The position numbers were made by a program, and so were the translations under genes. A stretch of 64,000 bases of DNA, taken from positions 5,273 through 69,272 of the forward strand of contig JBBSJW010000003.1 of assembly GCA_038256885.1 (NCBI GenBank), in the 5' to 3' direction. A model generated the notes under the pieces. It did no database searches. It saw only the letters and a program-made list of their open reading frames with translations, and was not told where the DNA came from. Origin of the DNA: Propionibacteriales bacterium. Lineage in GTDB: Bacteria > Actinomycetota > Actinomycetes > Propionibacteriales > Nocardioidaceae. Below are positions 28,162 through 38,067 of this stretch, piece by piece. Positions within the stretch are counted from its first letter, which is position 1; each line of letters opens with the position of its first letter.

Positions 28162-29538
28162 CTAGTCGTCCTCGGAGCCGGGCAGGGTGAGCGTGAAGAG
28201 AGTGCCTCCCCCGTCGCCCGAGGCTGCTTCGACGGTCCCGCCATGGCGGTCGGCCGCACGTCGCACGATGGAAAGTCCCAGCCCGGAGCCGGGCAACGTA
28301 CGCGCCTCGCTCGATCGGTAGAACCGGTCAAAGACGTGCGGGAGGTCGGCGGCGTCGATACCGGGGCCCTGATCGGCAACCGTGAGGACGCCCTCGTCGA
28401 GACGAACGCGCACGGTGCTGCCGTCTGGACTCCACTTGGCGGCATTGTCGAGGAGGTTGGTCACAGCGCGCTCGAGCAGCTGGGACTCGCCGAACACCAG
28501 CCATGGCGCGAGCTCGACGTCGAAGGTCACGGCAGGGGCGCGCAGGCGTACGCGATCGACCGACTGCGTCACGACATCGGCGAAGTCGAGTGGCTCGGGG
28601 TCACGGCGCATCGGTTCGTCGCGGGCGAGCTCGACGAGGTCGCCGACCAGAGTCGTCATCTCCTCGAGCTGCGAACGTACGTCGCCCATGATCTCGTGGC
28701 GCTCTTCGGTCGACAGCGACCTCTCGTCGTTGTCTGCGGCCTGTCCGATCAGCTCGATGTTGGTACGCAGGCTGGTCAGCGGCGTTCGAAGCTCGTGGCC
28801 GGCGTCCGCGACGAGCTGCCGCTGCCGGCGCTGGGACGCATCGAGGGCCTGGAGCATCGAGTTGAACGAGGTCGTGAGTCGGGCCAGCTCATCGCTGCCG
28901 CTCACCGCAATCGGCTGGAGCTGCTGGGTGCGGGCAACGCGTTCGGTTGCGGCGGTGAGACGACGGACGGGACGCAGACCATTGGCGGCGACAGCCCATC
29001 CGGCGATACCGGCAAGCGCGACACCGGCGGCACTGCTCAGCAGCAGGATCACCTTCAGTCGGTCGAGTGCCCGCTCAATCGACTCCATCGGCTGGGCCAA
29101 TACAAGTGCCACGCCAGGGCTCGCGCTGACAGCCACGACCCGGTAGGAGACGCCGTTGTACGTGAGGGTGCGCATCGAGCGCTTCTCGGTGCCGATCGAG
29201 ACGGCGACCTCGTGATGGTCGAACGGGAAGTCGCGGTCGGCCGACGCTGGCGCGAACAGCTCGCCACCTCGTACAACGAAGGCCTTCACGCCAGTCAGCG
29301 CGTCCTCCGCGTCGTTCTTCTCCGTCGGCACGTAGTTGGCGGCGACTGCATCGTTCGCGCGCCGGAACATCGAGTCATCCAGCGAGCTCTTGAACTCGGA
29401 AGCCACCGTCACGTACACGATGGCGCTGAGGGCTCCGAGGGTCAGCGCGACCGACAGCGTGGTCAGGATCGCGACGCGCAGCGCCAACGAAATGCGTGAC
29501 GTGAGCGGTCGGACCAGTCGGCGAAACAGCTCGATCAC
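28162..29538 (-). CDS. mprB: Sensor histidine kinase MprB-like
   Basis: [15 protein letters not shown]-box, [22 protein letters not shown]; mprA-mprB-htrA order. Confidence 0.88.
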   Translation of the reverse strand: MIELFRRLVRPLTSRISLALRVAILTTLSVALTLGALSAIVYVTVASEFKSSLDDSMFRRANDAVAANYVPTEKNDAEDALTGVKAFVVRGGELFAPASADRDFPFDHHEVAVSIGTEKRSMRTLTYNGVSYRVVAVSASPGVALVLAQPMESIERALDRLKVILLLSSAAGVALAGIAGWAVAANGLRPVRRLTAATERVARTQQLQPIAVSGSDELARLTTSFNSMLQALDASQRRQRQLVADAGHELRTPLTSLRTNIELIGQAADNDERSLSTEERHEIMGDVRSQLEEMTTLVGDLVELARDEPMRRDPEPLDFADVVTQSVDRVRLRAPAVTFDVELAPWLVFGESQLLERAVTNLLDNAAKWSPDGSTVRVRLDEGVLTVADQGPGIDAADLPHVFDRFYRSSEARTLPGSGLGLSIVRRAADRHGGTVEAASGDGGGTLFTLTLPGSEDD

Positions 29539-30227
29539 GGTGGGGTCTCGCGCAGGACGTATCCGACGCCACGCACGGTGTGGAGCAGTCGCGACTCGCC
29601 TTCGGCCTCGAGCTTGCGACGTACGTAGCCGACATAGACCTCGAGGGAGTTGGCGGTGGTGGGGAAGTCAAAGCCCCACACCTCCTCGAGGATGAACGAT
29701 CGTTCGAGCACTCGCTTGGGGCGCTGGAGGAACAGCTCGAGCAGCGCGAACTCGGTACGCGTGAGTGACAGTGCGCGATCACCGCGAGTCACGTCGCGCG
29801 TGACCGGATCGAGCGACAGGTCAGCGAACACCAGAGGCGCCTCGTCGGGCTCGACCGCGGCGGCGCGGCTCGATCGACGCAGCAGCGAACGTACGCGGGC
29901 AAGCAGTTCTTCGAGGGCGAACGGCTTGGTGAGGTAGTCGTCCGCACCGGCGTCCAGGCCGTCGACGCGATCGGACACGGCATCGCGGGCTGTCAGGACG
30001 AGGATCGGCACGTCATTGCCGGCTCCGCGCAGCGCACGCGTGGCTTCGAGGCCGTCGAGCCTCGGCATCATCACGTCCATGATGATCGCGTCGGGATTGA
30101 TCTGGGGCACCCGCGCGAGCGCCTCGGCACCGTCCGATGCGAGGTCGACCGTGTAACCGTTGAACTCCAGTGATCGCCGCAGCGAGTCGCGCACGGCGCG
30201 GTCATCGTCAACGACAAGAATTCGCAT
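29535..30227 (-). CDS. mprA: OmpR-family response regulator MprA
   Basis: [57 protein letters not shown]. Confidence 0.9.
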   Translation of the reverse strand: MRILVVDDDRAVRDSLRRSLEFNGYTVDLASDGAEALARVPQINPDAIIMDVMMPRLDGLEATRALRGAGNDVPILVLTARDAVSDRVDGLDAGADDYLTKPFALEELLARVRSLLRRSSRAAAVEPDEAPLVFADLSLDPVTRDVTRGDRALSLTRTEFALLELFLQRPKRVLERSFILEEVWGFDFPTTANSLEVYVGYVRRKLEAEGESRLLHTVRGVGYVLRETPP

Positions 30228-30250
30228 GGATATCAGTGTGCCCCTCGTGT

Positions 30251-30267
30251 CTGAGACGTTCCTGAGT
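30251..30267 (-). promoter_or_regulatory. MprA box (autoregulatory) upstream of mprA
   Basis: Minus strand ACTCAG-gaacg-TCTCAG, upstream of CACACT -10 and a leaderless ATG. Confidence 0.7.
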
Positions 30268-31145
30268 CAGTCGCCAGAGGTGCCGTCGAGCAGGGACTGC
30301 GCAGCGGAGGCGGCGCGGCCGCCGTACGTGCCGCCGAACATCACCGCGTGCACGAGCAGTGGATGGAGCTGGTGCAGCGAGAGGCGTTCGCGCCAGCCGT
30401 CTGCGAGCGGCGCTGCTTCGTCGTACGAGTCGATCATCCGCTGGAGATGTGGAGCGCCGAACAGGGCGAGCATCGCGAGATCGGTCTCTCGGTGACCACC
30501 GTGGGCGGCCGCGTCGATCAGCCAGATGTTGCCGTCAGCTCCCCAGACGATGTTGCCGGACCAGAGATCGCCGTGGATGCGTGATGGCGGCTCCGCGTCA
30601 CCTGCGAATTCGTGGATGCGACGCATCGCGGCCTCGATCGTCTCGGCTTCGTCCATCGTGAGGGCCTGACGGTCGACCGCAGCGCGTACGTACGGCATGA
30701 CGCGACGCGAGGCGAAGAACTCGGGCCACGTCGGAAGGGGGCGGTTGGGCAGCGGTGCGAGGCCGATGAATCCGTCGGACTCGGCCCCGAACGTCGACGC
30801 CCCTGCGGCATGCGTTGTGGCGAGATCGCGGCCGAAGCGTTCGGCGGCGTCAGCTGTGGGTTTGCCCTGCTCCACCCACGCCAGGATCAGGCAGTCCTCG
30901 GCGACGGCCAGCACCTGGGGCACGTGCGCGCCTCCGGCCTCAGCCAGCCAGCGCAGTCCCTCGGCCTCGCGTACGAACATGTCGACGGGGGCCTGGGGTC
31001 GCGTCTTGATGATGGCGTTGTGGCCGTCGGTGAGGCGCAGTCGCGTCGACGTGCAGATGTCGCCGCCGGCGACCGAGGTGGTGGATACGACACCCTGACC
31101 AAGGAGAGACTCCGCCCGTGCGGCGGTTCCTGTCATTCGTGCCAT
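30267..31145 (-). CDS. Fructosamine kinase family protein
   Basis: EAEGLRWL, HGDLWSGN, IDAAAHGGHRETDLAM. Confidence 0.88.
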   Translation of the reverse strand: MARMTGTAARAESLLGQGVVSTTSVAGGDICTSTRLRLTDGHNAIIKTRPQAPVDMFVREAEGLRWLAEAGGAHVPQVLAVAEDCLILAWVEQGKPTADAAERFGRDLATTHAAGASTFGAESDGFIGLAPLPNRPLPTWPEFFASRRVMPYVRAAVDRQALTMDEAETIEAAMRRIHEFAGDAEPPSRIHGDLWSGNIVWGADGNIWLIDAAAHGGHRETDLAMLALFGAPHLQRMIDSYDEAAPLADGWRERLSLHQLHPLLVHAVMFGGTYGGRAASAAQSLLDGTSGD

Positions 31146-31179
31146 GTCGATGACGTTACCCCGTGTATTGGTGCTCTGT

Positions 31180-31692
31180 TCAGGACTCCAACAGGTCCGG
31201 CAGCTGCTCGACCAGCTGGTCGGTGGTCCGCTCGATCATTGCGAGGACTGCGACGAATCCTGAAGCGCCGCCATACCAAGGGTCAGGCACCTCGAGATCA
31301 CCCTCGCTGGCCTCGGGATCGAACTCCCGAAACATGCGTACGCGGGCCTGTTCTTCGACCGTCGGAGCCTGGTCGCTCATGTCGGCCTGGTTGCTCAGGT
31401 CCATCGCGAGCAGGAGGTCGTTCTCGGCGAACCAGTCGGTGCTGAACGTACGCGCGACATGTCGGCTGGGGTCGTAGCCGGCGGATCGCAGTACGTCGGC
31501 AGCGCGGGAGTCCATCGCCTCACCCTCGTGCCACCCGCCCGTACCGGATGAGACGACCTCGACCCGGTCGTCGAGCCTGGCCTTGATGAGCCGGTCCTCG
31601 AGCACGACGTGCGCCATCGGCGATCGGCAGATGTTGCCGAGGCACACCAGTGCGATGCGGTAGCGATCGTTCTTTCTGGGCGCAGTGATCAC
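31180..31692 (-). CDS. ptpA: Low molecular weight protein-tyrosine phosphatase
   Basis: VCLGNICRSPMA P-loop, VPDPWYG; GTG start overlaps the upstream stop. Confidence 0.9.
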   Translation of the reverse strand: MITAPRKNDRYRIALVCLGNICRSPMAHVVLEDRLIKARLDDRVEVVSSGTGGWHEGEAMDSRAADVLRSAGYDPSRHVARTFSTDWFAENDLLLAMDLSNQADMSDQAPTVEEQARVRMFREFDPEASEGDLEVPDPWYGGASGFVAVLAMIERTTDQLVEQLPDLLES

Positions 31693-32072
31693 TTCTTGTT
31701 GGTGAACGCCCCGAGCACGGTGTTGACCAGCGAGATCACGACTGCGCCGAGCACGGCCCACCAGAAGCCATCGACGAAGAACGGCACGTCGAACTTTCCG
31801 GTGATCCAGTCCGTGAGGAGAAGCAGCAAAGCGTTGATCGCGAGCAGCGCCAGGCCGAGCGAGATGATGATGAACGGGAGCGACAGCGTCTTGATGACCG
31901 GGGCGACGAACGTGTTGATCACCGCGAAGATGGCACCGACGATCGCGATCGAGATGACCCGGGCGGTCGTGCTGTCTCCGTCGTCACCGATGTCCATGTG
32001 GTCGCCGAGGAGCTGGGCGGCGATCGCCAAGGAGGCTGAGCTGAGGATCCAGGTTGTCAGAAGCTTGGGCAT
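31689..32072 (-). CDS. Phage holin family 4-TM / YvlD (DUF360) membrane protein
   Basis: VINTFVAPVIKTLSLPFIIISLGL, VDGFWWAVLGAVVISL; not in a phage context. Confidence 0.8.
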   Translation of the reverse strand: MPKLLTTWILSSASLAIAAQLLGDHMDIGDDGDSTTARVISIAIVGAIFAVINTFVAPVIKTLSLPFIIISLGLALLAINALLLLLTDWITGKFDVPFFVDGFWWAVLGAVVISLVNTVLGAFTNKK

Positions 32073-32107
32073 GGCCCGATTGTTGCACTCCGGGCGTGGC
32101 CGACGGC

Positions 32108-33049
32108 TTATTGCGGCGGCAGCGCTGCGGGTGCCGTCGTACGCGAGGTTTGCGCCAGGATGATGCCGCCGAGCACGGCGAGAGCGCCCAGCACCTGCAC
32201 TGGCGTGAGTGATTCGCGGAACCACGCCCACCCGAGCACGTTCGCTATGACTGGCTCGAGCATCGCGATGACGGTGACGATCGTGGCCGGTATGTGGCGG
32301 AGCGCCACCATTTGCAGGAAGAACGGTGCGACGGTGCCAAACACGACGACCCACGCAACCACCAGCCACGGTGCGGCCGACAGATCCTCGAGCCGGCCGA
32401 GCATGCTGGTGCTGCCGCCGAGTCCGGGCGATCCCCAGATCGGCTCGATCAGGTTCATCACCACGGTGGCCACGACGAAGGCCCAGAGGATGACGCGCAG
32501 CGGGTCATCCACGCCGACGTTGTGCTCGGCGAGCAGGAAGTACGCCGCGAAGCTCACCGCCGCCAGCAGCGCCATCACGACGCCGAGACCGTCGAAGGTC
32601 AGCCCGTTCCACACGCGACTGACGACGGCGAGCCCGACCAGCGCGAGAGACACGGCCAGCCACATGCGCGGGCGCACCTCCTCGTGTCGGACGAAGCGCA
32701 CCCACAGCACGACGAGGACCGGAGCGAGGTATTCGATCAACAGCGCGATGCCGAGCGGCAGCCGGGTGATCGCCACGTTGTACGTCAGCTGCAGGGCGAC
32801 GACGCCGACCAGCCCGAGCCCGATGATCAGCAGGAACGATGTTCCGGTCGGCCGTTTAAGGGCGGATCGGCGGAAGAGTGCGGCGTACAGGACGAACACC
32901 AGTGTCGCGCCGGTGATGCGCAGCGTCGTGAACATCGCGGGTGTCAGCTCGGTCGCCATGGCAACGCGCGAGACGCCACCATTCAGACCGAACAGCACGG
33001 CCCCGATCAGGACCAGCACGATGCCGAGTCGGGGGTTGCGGGCTGTCAC
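32108..33049 (-). CDS. EamA/DMT family transporter
   Basis: About 10 TM segments, LLIEYLAP, MLEPVIA motifs. Confidence 0.85.
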   Translation of the reverse strand: MTARNPRLGIVLVLIGAVLFGLNGGVSRVAMATELTPAMFTTLRITGATLVFVLYAALFRRSALKRPTGTSFLLIIGLGLVGVVALQLTYNVAITRLPLGIALLIEYLAPVLVVLWVRFVRHEEVRPRMWLAVSLALVGLAVVSRVWNGLTFDGLGVVMALLAAVSFAAYFLLAEHNVGVDDPLRVILWAFVVATVVMNLIEPIWGSPGLGGSTSMLGRLEDLSAAPWLVVAWVVVFGTVAPFFLQMVALRHIPATIVTVIAMLEPVIANVLGWAWFRESLTPVQVLGALAVLGGIILAQTSRTTAPAALPPQ

Positions 33050-33091
33050 GTCCCGATTGTGTCAGCCGACCGCGGGGATATGGTCGGCAAC

Positions 33092-34165
33092 ATGAGCAGT
33101 CCCAGTGCGCGCAGAGCCCTTGATGGCATTCCCGTCTACAAGCCGGGGAAGTCCGCTGCGGACGAGAACTACAAGCTGTCGAGCAACGAGAACCCGTACG
33201 GTCCGCTGCCCGGCGTGATGGAGCGCGCAGGAGGTCAGCTGGGCCGGATCAACCGCTATCCCGATGCCGGTATGACGGTGCTCTACGACGCGCTGGGCGC
33301 CAAGTTCAAGCTCTCGCCCGACCACTTCGCGGCGGGTACGGGTTCAGTCGCCGTGCTCTTCGCCCTGCTCAACGCGCACTGCGAGGCCGGAGACGAGATC
33401 ATCTACGCTTGGCGCTCGTTCGAGGCTTATCCGATCGCGGCCGACCTGACTGGAGCGACGACCGTACGAGTGCCCCTGTGCGATGACGCGACTCACGACC
33501 TCGACGCCATGGCGGCGGCGATCACTGATCGCACACGCGTCGTACTGGTGTGCACGCCCAACAACCCGACGGGCCCGATCGTCAAGCACGTCCATCTCGA
33601 GTCCTTCCTGGCCAAGGTTCCGGCTGGCGTCATCGTGGTGGTCGACGAGGCATACGTGGAGTTCGTCCGCGACCCCGACGCCGCCGACGGTCTTGCGATG
33701 CTCGCCGAACACGACAACGTCGTCGTCCTCCGTACGTTCTCCAAGGCGTACGGGCTGGCCGGCCTGCGAGTTGGCTATGCGATCGCCCAGCCTGCGGTTG
33801 CCGAGTCGATCCGCAAGGCGACGGCGCCGTTCAGCGTCACCGACCTCGCCCAGGCAGCTGCTGTTGCATCACTCGACTCCGAGGCTGAGCTGAGCGCTCG
33901 AGTCGAGTCGATCGTCAAGGAGCGCGAGGTCATGCTGGTCGCTCTCCGTGAGCAGGGGTGGGACGTGCCCGAGGCGCAGGGCAACTTCGTCTGGCTCGCC
34001 CTCGGTGATGACGCGATGGAGTTCGCCGCTGCCTGCGACCCGGTGTCGGTGCGTCCGTTCGCGGGTGACGGCGTTCGCATCAGCGTGGGTGATCCGGCAG
34101 TCAACGCCGAGTTCATCGCACTGGCGGGCGCCTGGCGCGCGGCTCGCCCGGCACATCCGAGGTGA
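33092..34165 (+). CDS. Histidinol-phosphate/aromatic amino acid aminotransferase (Pat/HisC2-like)
   Basis: KLSSNENP, RYPD, PNNPTG, VDEAY, RTFSKAYGLAGLRVGY. Confidence 0.9.
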   Translation: MSSPSARRALDGIPVYKPGKSAADENYKLSSNENPYGPLPGVMERAGGQLGRINRYPDAGMTVLYDALGAKFKLSPDHFAAGTGSVAVLFALLNAHCEAGDEIIYAWRSFEAYPIAADLTGATTVRVPLCDDATHDLDAMAAAITDRTRVVLVCTPNNPTGPIVKHVHLESFLAKVPAGVIVVVDEAYVEFVRDPDAADGLAMLAEHDNVVVLRTFSKAYGLAGLRVGYAIAQPAVAESIRKATAPFSVTDLAQAAAVASLDSEAELSARVESIVKEREVMLVALREQGWDVPEAQGNFVWLALGDDAMEFAAACDPVSVRPFAGDGVRISVGDPAVNAEFIALAGAWRAARPAHPR

Positions 34166-34278
34166 ACAACCGCTAACCTGCAGGTCAGGGGCCCAAAACG
34201 CCAGAAGGAAACACTCAACGGTAGACACGATTTCTGGCTAGAGTCATGGTCAGGTGGGAGCACACCTAGGAGCACAAC

Positions 34279-34515
34279 ATGACTTGTCGGGTCCTTCCGC
34301 AAGCCCTTGCCGGGCCTATTTGGGATGCACGCCGAGCCGCTCACCTGCACCGTTTGGTCGGTCCACCAGCCGCAGGATACGATCGCCACAAGCGTGATGC
34401 CGGTCACGCTCGTGAGATCGCCACCAGTCCGACCACCCCTGTGACCCGACGATCCCACCGCTTCGACATCTCGGCCCGGAGACCCCGTGGCCGCGTGATT
34501 GAGGGAGTTGCATGA
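34279..34515 (+). other. Candidate 78-aa upstream ORF coupled to the E1-alpha gene
   Basis: AGGAG-N6-ATG; TGA overlaps ATG 34512 (ATGA); TAGAGT -10 at 34239-34244; no recognisable domain. Confidence 0.4.
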
Positions 34516-35657
34516 GCCTGACCACGCCCGACACTTACATGGCTGACGATCCTGCGGGAGACTTTCCGCTCGTTCAGCTCCTGACGCCCGAAGGCGAGCG
34601 CGTCAGCCACCCCGAGTTCGCATACGAAGGCGACGACGAGAGCATCCGCGGCCTCTACCGCGACCTCGTCCTCATGCGCCGCGTCGACTTCGAGGCACAC
34701 GCTCTTCAGCGTCACGGCGAGATCGGGCTGTGGCCCCCCGCGCAGGGTCAGGAAGCTGCACAGATCGGCTCGGGCCGCGCTCTTCGCAAGCAGGACTTCG
34801 CGTTCCCCACCTACCGCGAGCACGGCGTCGCGCTCTGCCGCGGAGTCGAACCGGGGGAGCTGGTCGGACTTTTCCGGGGTACGGACCTTGGCGGCTGGGA
34901 CCCGTCGGAGCACGGCATAGCGCTCTACAGCATCGTGATTGGCGCGCAGACCCTGCACGCGACTGGCTACGCGATGGGCCTGACTCTCGATGGAGCAGTC
35001 GGACACAACGACCCGGAGCGCGACGCAGCCGTCATCGCCTACTTCGGCGATGGCGCGACCAGCCAGGGCAGCGTCAACGAGGCATTCGATTGGGCGGCGG
35101 TCTTCAACGCTCCGGTCGTGTTCTTCTGCCAGAACAACCAGTACGCGATCTCCGCTTCAACTGATCGGCAGACCCGGGGACCGATTGCACAGCGTGCCAG
35201 AGGCTTCGGGTTCCGTGGACTGCGTGTCGACGGCAACGACGTCCTGGCGTGCCATGCCGTGACACAGGTGGCATTGCAGAAGGCGCGTGACGGGGAGGGT
35301 CCGACCTTGATCGAGGCCTACACCTATCGCATGGGTGCGCACACCACGTCCGATGACCCGACCCGCTACCGCGAGACTGCCGAGGTCGAGACCTGGAAGC
35401 TCAAGGACCCGATCGAGCGCGTCAAGCGCTACCTGCAGGTGCAGGGCACTCCTCAGGAGTTCTTCGACGCCATTGAGGTCGAGGCCGAGGAGCTGGGCAA
35501 GAACCTCCGCGAGGCTTGCAAGGCGCTGCCCGAGCCCGATCTTGAAGCGCTGTTCGACAAGGTCTACGTCGACGGCGCAACCCCCGAACTGCTTGAGCAG
35601 AAGGCCGCCTACATCGCGTTCAGGGACGGCCTCGAGACCGAAGGGACACCCGCATGA
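34512..35657 (+). CDS. pdhA: 2-oxoacid (pyruvate/branched-chain) dehydrogenase E1 alpha
   Basis: GQEAAQIG, PTYREHG, GDGATSQG...NN TPP motif, YRMGAHTTSDDP. Confidence 0.92.
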   Translation: MSLTTPDTYMADDPAGDFPLVQLLTPEGERVSHPEFAYEGDDESIRGLYRDLVLMRRVDFEAHALQRHGEIGLWPPAQGQEAAQIGSGRALRKQDFAFPTYREHGVALCRGVEPGELVGLFRGTDLGGWDPSEHGIALYSIVIGAQTLHATGYAMGLTLDGAVGHNDPERDAAVIAYFGDGATSQGSVNEAFDWAAVFNAPVVFFCQNNQYAISASTDRQTRGPIAQRARGFGFRGLRVDGNDVLACHAVTQVALQKARDGEGPTLIEAYTYRMGAHTTSDDPTRYRETAEVETWKLKDPIERVKRYLQVQGTPQEFFDAIEVEAEELGKNLREACKALPEPDLEALFDKVYVDGATPELLEQKAAYIAFRDGLETEGTPA

Positions 35658-36628
35658 CGAAGATGCCCCTCTCCAAAGGTTTGAACGCTGGACTGCGCGC
35701 GGCCATGGAGGCCGATGAGAAGGTCCTGATCATGGGCGAGGATGTCGGCCGACTCGGTGGCGTCTTCCGCATCACCGACGGACTGCAGAAGGACTTCGGC
35801 GAGAGCCGCGTCATCGACTCTCCGCTCTCCGAACAGGGCATCCTCGGCACCGCGGTCGGCATGGCGATGCGGGGCTATCGCCCCGTGCTCGAGATCCAGT
35901 TCGACGGCTTCGTCTACCCTGCGTACGACCAGATCGTCAGCCAGGTCGCCAAGTTCCACTTCCGCAGTGCCGGCAAGGTCAAGATGCCGCTCGTCATCCG
36001 CATTCCGTTCGGCGGTGGCATCGGCGCAGTTGAGCACCACTCCGAGAGCCCGGAGGGCCAGTTCGCGCTGACCGCCGGACTCAAGGTTGTCGCCTGTTCG
36101 AACGCCAACGACGCCTACTGGATGATCCAGCAGGCCATCGCCAGCGACGACCCGATCGTGTTCATGGAGCCCAAGCGTCGTTACTGGGACCAAGGTGAAG
36201 TCGACCTCGAGCACGAGCCGTTCCCTCTCCACAAGTCGCGCATCGTTCGCGAAGGAACCGACGCGACGCTGATCGCGTACGGGCCGATGGTCAAGACCTG
36301 CCTGGAGTCCGCGAACGCTGCCGCCGAGGACGGAGTCGACCTCGAGGTCATCGACCTGCGTACGTTGTCGCCGCTCGACCTCGACCCGGTCTACGACTCC
36401 GTACGCAAGACGGGGCACGCCGTTGTCGTGCACGAGGCCGCCCAGACGTTGGGCCTCGGCGCCGAGATCTCCGCGCGCATCACCGAGACGTGCTTCTACA
36501 GCCTCGAGGCGCCGGTCATCCGCGTCACGGGTTACGACATGCCCTATCCGCCGAGCCGCGTCGAGGAAGAGTTCCTGCCGGGACTCGACCGCGTGCTCGA
36601 CGCCGTCGACCGTTCGCTGGAGTACTGA
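35654..36628 (+). CDS. pdhB: 2-oxoacid dehydrogenase E1 beta
   Basis: GEDVG..GGVFR, EIQFDGF, EHHSESPE, IDLRTL. Confidence 0.92.
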   Translation: MTKMPLSKGLNAGLRAAMEADEKVLIMGEDVGRLGGVFRITDGLQKDFGESRVIDSPLSEQGILGTAVGMAMRGYRPVLEIQFDGFVYPAYDQIVSQVAKFHFRSAGKVKMPLVIRIPFGGGIGAVEHHSESPEGQFALTAGLKVVACSNANDAYWMIQQAIASDDPIVFMEPKRRYWDQGEVDLEHEPFPLHKSRIVREGTDATLIAYGPMVKTCLESANAAAEDGVDLEVIDLRTLSPLDLDPVYDSVRKTGHAVVVHEAAQTLGLGAEISARITETCFYSLEAPVIRVTGYDMPYPPSRVEEEFLPGLDRVLDAVDRSLEY

Positions 36629-37992
36629 TGAGTGAGTTCAAGCTTCCAGACGTGGGTGAAGGCCTGACCGAGGCAGAGATCGTCCTGTGGAAGGTCAAGG
36701 TCGGCGACGTCATCAAGATCAACGACATCATCGTCGACATCGAGACGGCCAAGTCGATCGTTGAGCTGCCCAGCCCGTACGAAGGCACGATTGATGCGCT
36801 GCTCGTCGCCGAAGGGGAGACGGTCGCGGTCGGCACTCCGATCATCCGCATCACATCTTTGGAAGACGCTGTGGCCGATGAAAACGCAGCGCCTGCTGTG
36901 GCTGCACCCGCTGTGACCGCACCGACGGCCAGCGACTTCTCTACCCCCGAGTTCATCGGCGCACCCGCCGTCGAAGGATCCGCCCAGGCCGCCGAGCCGT
37001 CCGCCCAGCCGGAGGAGCGCCAGAAGGTGCTCGTCGGTTACGGACCGCGCGCATCGTCGCTCAAGCGTCGCGCTCGCAAGGGTGCTGTGGCCTCGGTCAA
37101 CACCGAGAAGGTTGCTCAGCACAAGCCGTTGCGTGCGCTGGCCAAGCCGCCCGTACGCAAGCTCGCCAAGGACCTCGGCATCGACCTCGGCTCCGTCCCG
37201 AGCGCCGGCGAGATCATCACCCGCGCAGACGTCGAGGCATTCGCCGGGCGTGCTGATACACCGGCTGCTCCTGCGGCTCGATCGTCGTCAGCAGGTGACG
37301 TACGCGTGCCGATCAAGGGCGTCCGCAAGATGACCGCCGCCGCCATGGTGTCGTCGGCCTTCACCGCCCCGCACGTCACCGAGTGGGTCACGGTCGATGT
37401 CACCCGGACGATGGATCTGGTCAAGCAGCTCAAGAAGGACCCCGCGTTCGCTGATGTCCGGGTCTCACCGCTGCTGATCGTCGCGAAGGCAGTGCTGCTC
37501 GCCATGAAGCACACGCCCGAGATCAACTCGACGTGGGACGAAGCCGCTCAGGAGATCGTGCTCAAGGGCTCGGTCAACCTCGGCATCGCTGCGGCAACTC
37601 CGCGCGGACTGGTCGTACCCAATGTCGTCGGCGCTGACTCGATGACGATGGTCGAGCTGGGACAGGCGTTCGGTGACCTGATCACCACGGCCCGCGACGG
37701 CAAGACGCAGCCTGCTCAGATGACTGGCGGATCGTTCACGATCACCAACATCGGCGTGTTCGGCATCGACGCCGGCACACCGATTCTCAACCCGGGCGAA
37801 GCCGGCATCCTCGCTGTCGGCGCCATCAACAAGCGTCCCTGGGTGGGAGACAACGACGAGATCGTCGCCCGCTGGGTCACGACGTTGGCGCTGAGCTTCG
37901 ATCACCGTCTGGTCGACGGCGAACAGGGGTCGCACTTCCTCGCTGATGTCGCTGCGATCCTGCGCGATCCGGCTGTTGCGCTGACCTACTAG
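36628..37992 (+). CDS. pdhC: Dihydrolipoamide acyltransferase E2
   Basis: Lipoyl domain LPDVGEGL...ETAKS, E3-binding AKPPVRKLA, SFDHRLVDG. Confidence 0.92.
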   Translation: MSEFKLPDVGEGLTEAEIVLWKVKVGDVIKINDIIVDIETAKSIVELPSPYEGTIDALLVAEGETVAVGTPIIRITSLEDAVADENAAPAVAAPAVTAPTASDFSTPEFIGAPAVEGSAQAAEPSAQPEERQKVLVGYGPRASSLKRRARKGAVASVNTEKVAQHKPLRALAKPPVRKLAKDLGIDLGSVPSAGEIITRADVEAFAGRADTPAAPAARSSSAGDVRVPIKGVRKMTAAAMVSSAFTAPHVTEWVTVDVTRTMDLVKQLKKDPAFADVRVSPLLIVAKAVLLAMKHTPEINSTWDEAAQEIVLKGSVNLGIAAATPRGLVVPNVVGADSMTMVELGQAFGDLITTARDGKTQPAQMTGGSFTITNIGVFGIDAGTPILNPGEAGILAVGAINKRPWVGDNDEIVARWVTTLALSFDHRLVDGEQGSHFLADVAAILRDPAVALTY

Positions 37993-38039
37993 GGCCCGGA
38001 TTTGCCTCTGTCCACGGAGGTTTCGCCGCCTCAAATTGT

Positions 38040-38061
38040 TGTCGGTGGGTGCTTCTAGGTT
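38040..38061 (+). promoter_or_regulatory. RecA-NDp/PafBC DNA-damage promoter of the DUF222 gene
   Basis: TGTCGG-tgggtgcttc-TAGGTT-N6-ATG, exact TGTCGG-N10-TANNNT, leaderless. Confidence 0.75.
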
Positions 38062-38067
38062 GGAAGT

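Noticed and set aside
31689-32072. 'Phage holin' annotation as evidence of a prophage
   Set aside because: YvlD/DUF360-type membrane protein coupled to a phosphatase in a housekeeping context; no phage genes
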